Shown here piece after piece: positions 60,437 through 64,000 of a stretch of 64,000 nucleotides of DNA (within the stretch, counting starts at the first letter, position 1; each line of letters opens with the position of its first letter). The notes beneath the pieces were generated by a model. It searched no databases. It saw only the letters and a list, made by a program, of their open reading frames with translations, and was not told the origin of the DNA. The stretch is from Bacillota bacterium (GTDB lineage: Bacteria > Bacillota > UBA4882 > UBA8346). The position numbers were made by a program, and so were the translations under genes. The stretch spans positions 1 to 64,000 of the forward strand of contig JAEXDA010000029.1 of NCBI GenBank assembly GCA_023401925.1, given 5' to 3'.

Positions 60437-62506
60437 TTAATCTACATGAAAACGGTGGATTTTATGAAGCAATTGAGTGGCTATTTTTGCCAAATCTTCC
60501 GCGGAAGAAGCGATTTGCTGCATATAGGCGGTCTGTTCTTCGGAAGAAGCCGAGACCTCTTCCGAACCGGCGGCAGTTTCTTCGGCGATGGTGGCAATTT
60601 CGTCAATGGACGTTCCTGCGTGATTGGCGTTGCTTGTTAATTCATCCGCCGCTTTGGAAACAGTTTTGATTCGGGCTGTGATGACTTCAACGGATTCCGA
60701 TGCGTTCCGGAACATTGAAATTAAATCACGCAACGATTTTTCTCCTTCATCGGCAACGGATTCCATTTGGTTCATTTCTTCTACAATTTCTCCGATATGG
60801 GCTTGGAGAGTATGAACGATGGAACTGATGTTTTCCACAGAGTTTCCGGACTGTTCCGACAAAGATTTGACTTGTTGAGCGACGACCGCAAAACCCCTTC
60901 CCTGTTCTTTGGCGCGGGCCGCCTCTATTGCTGCGTTAATAGCCAGTAAGTTTGTTTGTTCAGCGACGGCTCGAATAACGGAGAGGATTTCTTCGATTTC
61001 GGAAGACATTTGGGTCAAATTATAAATGGAAGTGTTAACTTTGGCTGTTAACTTTTTATTTTCCTCCATCTTGCTTTCCTGAAGCTGGACAACTTTATGC
61101 CCCTGATTCATGTTTTCCCAGGTTTTTGTCGCCAGTTCCTCGGAATTTTCCATTTCGGCCGCAATTTGACGTAACCCTTCAACGATATCTTTGATCTTGG
61201 TATTTCCCTTTTCGGTTAAAACTGCCTGTTCGGAGGCTTCTCTTGCCAGGTCGGTGATGGCGCCCACGACATGTTCTCCTGCTTTGGTAACTTCTTGGGA
61301 TGAAGCCATCATTTCTTCCGCCGATGCGGCCACTGTTTCTCCCAGAACCTGAATCTCGTGGACCAATTCCTTGACATTTCCCACCATAATTTTTAATGAG
61401 GACAGGAGTTGTCCGATTTCATCCCGGGAGATCTCTGATTCGGGGATTTCAACGTTGAGGTTCCCGTCGGCAACTTGTTTTAGCACGCTGACTGCTGTCT
61501 TTAACGGTTTAATGATATTCCCGTCTAAAAAGAACTTGACCATAAAATAAGCCAGCATTATCAATAGGAGTGTGATAACGGTTACACTTAGTAATACAAT
61601 ATTGCTTGTACTATAGACTTCCTTCAAAGATTCACCGGCAAATAATACGCCGATAGGCCGGTTGTCCGGACCCAATAACGGCATATAGGCCGTGATGTAA
61701 GGGATGCCGAGAATTTTAGTTGTACCAAGATATTGACGGTTATCGGTTAATACCACCTTGGCGATCCGGGGATCGAGACGGGTTCCGACTGCCCGGTGAC
61801 CATCTTTTTGGATGGTGGTTGCAAGCCTAACATCATTGAGGAAGATGGTGGCGTCCGTTCGAAAAGTTTTCTTAATATGATCGACGATTTCCGGCTTTTC
61901 CAATCGGTATCCGGCAGAGATGACTCCAATAATATTTCCGGCTTCATTTTTAACAGGAACCCCGGCCCGGGCCGATATTTTAACGGCCGTCCCTTTTTCA
62001 ATGGTTGCAAAAGCTTCCCCTTTAAGAGCCATCTCCACGTTCAACTGATTTGTTATACTGTCTCCGTAGTTCGAAGCTTCGTGAGTCCTCGCAAGTACAA
62101 TACCGTGGGCATCCGTAACCGTTACAAAATCAATATGAGCTTTTTTAGTCAGGGGCGTTAAATGGTTCAACAGGGATGATGTATTATGCTCAGCGACTGC
62201 TTTTGCTATACTGGGATGACTGGCAAAAATGGATGCATAGTTTAAGGCTTTATTCTTGTATTCATCGAGGGAAAGATTCAGGCCGTTCATTCCGTTGATG
62301 GCATTTTTTTCAGCGACGGTATTATTGTGTTGTAAAAAGAATAAAAGAGTGGTTCCGACAGTTAGGAAGACAGTAATAACGATGCTGAACATAATAAACA
62401 GCGGGAGTTTTTTATTAATACTAATATTCCTGAGTTGTGCCAATATGGGTTGGGGCAAAGTATTATTGGGAGTTGGCGCCTGAAGTTTTCTGAAGGGTAG
62501 TTTCAT
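60437..62506 (-). CDS. Methyl-accepting chemotaxis protein (periplasmic Cache-type sensor, HAMP, MCP signalling domain)
   Basis: N-terminal transmembrane helix, ~270-aa periplasmic domain, second transmembrane helix, HAMP, then conserved MCP signalling region (...[29 protein letters not shown]...). Confidence 0.9.
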   Translation of the reverse strand: MKLPFRKLQAPTPNNTLPQPILAQLRNISINKKLPLFIMFSIVITVFLTVGTTLLFFLQHNNTVAEKNAINGMNGLNLSLDEYKNKALNYASIFASHPSIAKAVAEHNTSSLLNHLTPLTKKAHIDFVTVTDAHGIVLARTHEASNYGDSITNQLNVEMALKGEAFATIEKGTAVKISARAGVPVKNEAGNIIGVISAGYRLEKPEIVDHIKKTFRTDATIFLNDVRLATTIQKDGHRAVGTRLDPRIAKVVLTDNRQYLGTTKILGIPYITAYMPLLGPDNRPIGVLFAGESLKEVYSTSNIVLLSVTVITLLLIMLAYFMVKFFLDGNIIKPLKTAVSVLKQVADGNLNVEIPESEISRDEIGQLLSSLKIMVGNVKELVHEIQVLGETVAASAEEMMASSQEVTKAGEHVVGAITDLAREASEQAVLTEKGNTKIKDIVEGLRQIAAEMENSEELATKTWENMNQGHKVVQLQESKMEENKKLTAKVNTSIYNLTQMSSEIEEILSVIRAVAEQTNLLAINAAIEAARAKEQGRGFAVVAQQVKSLSEQSGNSVENISSIVHTLQAHIGEIVEEMNQMESVADEGEKSLRDLISMFRNASESVEVITARIKTVSKAADELTSNANHAGTSIDEIATIAEETAAGSEEVSASSEEQTAYMQQIASSAEDLAKIATQLLHKIHRFHVD

Positions 62507-62707
62507 GTTGCAGCTCCTTTACACCAATATCAAGTTGTCTTATAAGTATTTATCGGGATATTTGACCACAAGTTGAGACATTTTTTTGCCACTCCAATAG
62601 CGTATTTCAATGGAAAAGACCGCCGGGCAACTTTGGTTGCAACATTCCCAAAGTATTACCGGCGGCCATCAAGGGCGCTAGGCTTTATGAATCCATCGCA
62701 TGAATAC

Positions 62708-64000
62708 TTAAATGAATAAATTTACATTTCCTTGTTCGGCGGCAGCCAGATAGGAAGCGACCCCGCCGACTTCCACGCCTTCGATCAATTCCTCTTTCTT
62801 GATGCCCATAACATCCATGGACATTTGGCAGGCTACCATTTTGATACCCATCATTCGGGCTTCCCCGATCATGCTTTCCAGCGCGGCAATATTCTTTTTT
62901 CGCATCACCATCCGAATCATCTTCGGTCCGATGCCACCCATATTCATTCTGGATAATCCTAACTTGAATGAACCCCGTGGCATCATCATGCCAAACATTT
63001 TATCGAGTAGGCCTTTTTGAACTTTCACTTTTTTGGGTTTGCGTAAAATATTTAACCCCCAGAAGGTAAAGAACATGGTCACTTGCCGGCCCATCGATGC
63101 CGCTCCGGTCGCAATGATGAAGCTCGCTATTGCTTTATCCAAATCACCGCTGAAAACTACAATCGTTTTGTCCTGCGGTAAAGCTGTATTCGCCGTTGGA
63201 GCTTTGGCAGTTGCTCCTTTACGAATCCGGGCTGTTATCTGACCGGCCCCCCGGTCTAGGTGAATTAAGGTGTTGCCGGTTCTGGAGCACCAGGCCTCCA
63301 CATCATTGGCAAATCCGGGATCGGAAGCGGTTATTTCCAGAATATCGCCCTCATGTAATGGTTGCATCCGGTTATATAATTGCAGAATTGGACCGGGGCA
63401 CTGTAAGCCGCAGGCATTTACTTTAACAATTTCCATATTGGTATTTTCCTCCTTGGGATGGGCATAAAGGGCAACACCAGCGATTTTGGACTTTGCGGAC
63501 CCATCCAAAAAATTTTGTTCCTGCCTTGCAATATGATAAGTTTTATAACCGCCGCTCAGATTCTTCACTTTGGTAAAGCCGTTTTGAAGCAGGATTCGGG
63601 ATGCGATGTAGGCCCGTAAACCAACCTGACAGGTTACAATGATTTCCTTGTCCTTGGGCAATTCTCCAAGACGTCCTCTGAGTTCATGGAGGGGAATATT
63701 AACAGCTCCAGGTAGAGTACCCAGTTCTACTTCAATCGGTTCCCGGACATCCAGGTAAAAGCTGTGCGGGTGGCTTTCCAATTGATCCCAACTCATTGCG
63801 TCCACATCTTGATTTATGATGTTTGCAGCGGTATAACCGGCAATGTTTACCGGATCCTTAGCCGATGAAAATGGTGGGGCATAGGCTAGCTCCAAATCCA
63901 TCAAATTGAAAACCGTTTTTCGGAACCGGATGGCAGTCGCCAAGACATCAAGCCGTTTGTCGACACCTTCATAACCGACGACTTGGGCGCCATAGAGTTG
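62708..64000 (-). CDS. C-terminal ~430 aa of a multidomain CoA-disulfide-reductase / NADH-oxidase-like flavoprotein fused to rhodanese, TusA-like and DsrE/DsrF-like domains. The 5' end lies beyond the window
   Basis: In-frame translation continues to the window edge (...GVDKRLDVLATAIRFRKTVFNLMDLELAYAPPFSSAKDPVN matches the pyridine-nucleotide-disulfide-oxidoreductase dimerisation region). Rhodanese active-site loop CQVGLRA. TusA CPGP motif (CGLQCPGPIL). DsrE-like C-terminus. Confidence 0.7.
   Translation of the reverse strand, partial: QLYGAQVVGYEGVDKRLDVLATAIRFRKTVFNLMDLELAYAPPFSSAKDPVNIAGYTAANIINQDVDAMSWDQLESHPHSFYLDVREPIEVELGTLPGAVNIPLHELRGRLGELPKDKEIIVTCQVGLRAYIASRILLQNGFTKVKNLSGGYKTYHIARQEQNFLDGSAKSKIAGVALYAHPKEENTNMEIVKVNACGLQCPGPILQLYNRMQPLHEGDILEITASDPGFANDVEAWCSRTGNTLIHLDRGAGQITARIRKGATAKAPTANTALPQDKTIVVFSGDLDKAIASFIIATGAASMGRQVTMFFTFWGLNILRKPKKVKVQKGLLDKMFGMMMPRGSFKLGLSRMNMGGIGPKMIRMVMRKKNIAALESMIGEARMMGIKMVACQMSMDVMGIKKEELIEGVEVGGVASYLAAAEQGNVNLFI

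Overview
This 64 kb window reads as ordinary chromosome from a moderately GC-rich anaerobic Firmicute-like bacterium, with little sign of accessory or mobile DNA. An LptD/OstA-like protein and a beta-barrel protein ending in Phe suggest a diderm (Negativicutes-type) envelope. I found no tRNA, rRNA, CRISPR array, IS element, integrase or obvious defence module.

Main content, 5'->3':
- A ~590 bp noncoding leader, then an nfeD-flotillin operon on the minus strand.
- A translationally coupled operon encoding a hydantoinase/oxoprolinase-family protein and an HDAC-fold amidohydrolase.
- An intergenic cluster of GC-rich short repeats.
- A thiamine-salvage operon thiD-thiC-thiM-thiE plus a HAD hydrolase, preceded by two tandem TPP riboswitches and a consensus promoter.
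- Gfo/Idh/MocA and aldo/keto reductase oxidoreductases, and a divergent MerR / Fe-alcohol-dehydrogenase pair.
- sbcDC.
- A decayed glycerophosphodiester phosphodiesterase pseudogene.
- A MATE efflux gene and a DEAD-box helicase.
- An AraC-regulated galacturonate-catabolism operon uxaC-uxaB-uxaA-kdgK-eda.
- An LptD/OstA-like outer-membrane protein.
- A LarE-like PP-loop ATPase, followed by an uncharacterised trio from the benzoyl-CoA reductase / 2-hydroxyacyl-CoA dehydratase family: two DUF2229-like subunits and a CoA-substrate-specific enzyme activase.
- A secreted GH30 xylanase-like enzyme with a PT linker and a CBM2-like module, then tcdA.
- A sulfur amino acid neighbourhood: two metY paralogs, a SAM-I riboswitch controlling metA, cysK, a C_GCAxxG_C_C protein, and a partial CoA-disulfide-reductase-rhodanese-TusA-DsrE fusion at the window edge.
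- A compact three-gene cluster with no assignable function: a permease-less ABC-type ATPase, a G3E-family (HypB/UreG/CobW-like) GTPase, and a Cys-motif protein. This is the best candidate for an undescribed system, possibly a metallocentre-insertion module.
- A nitroreductase / beta-barrel operon flanked by two divergent TetR genes, with strong palindromic operators between them.
- A methyl-accepting chemotaxis protein.
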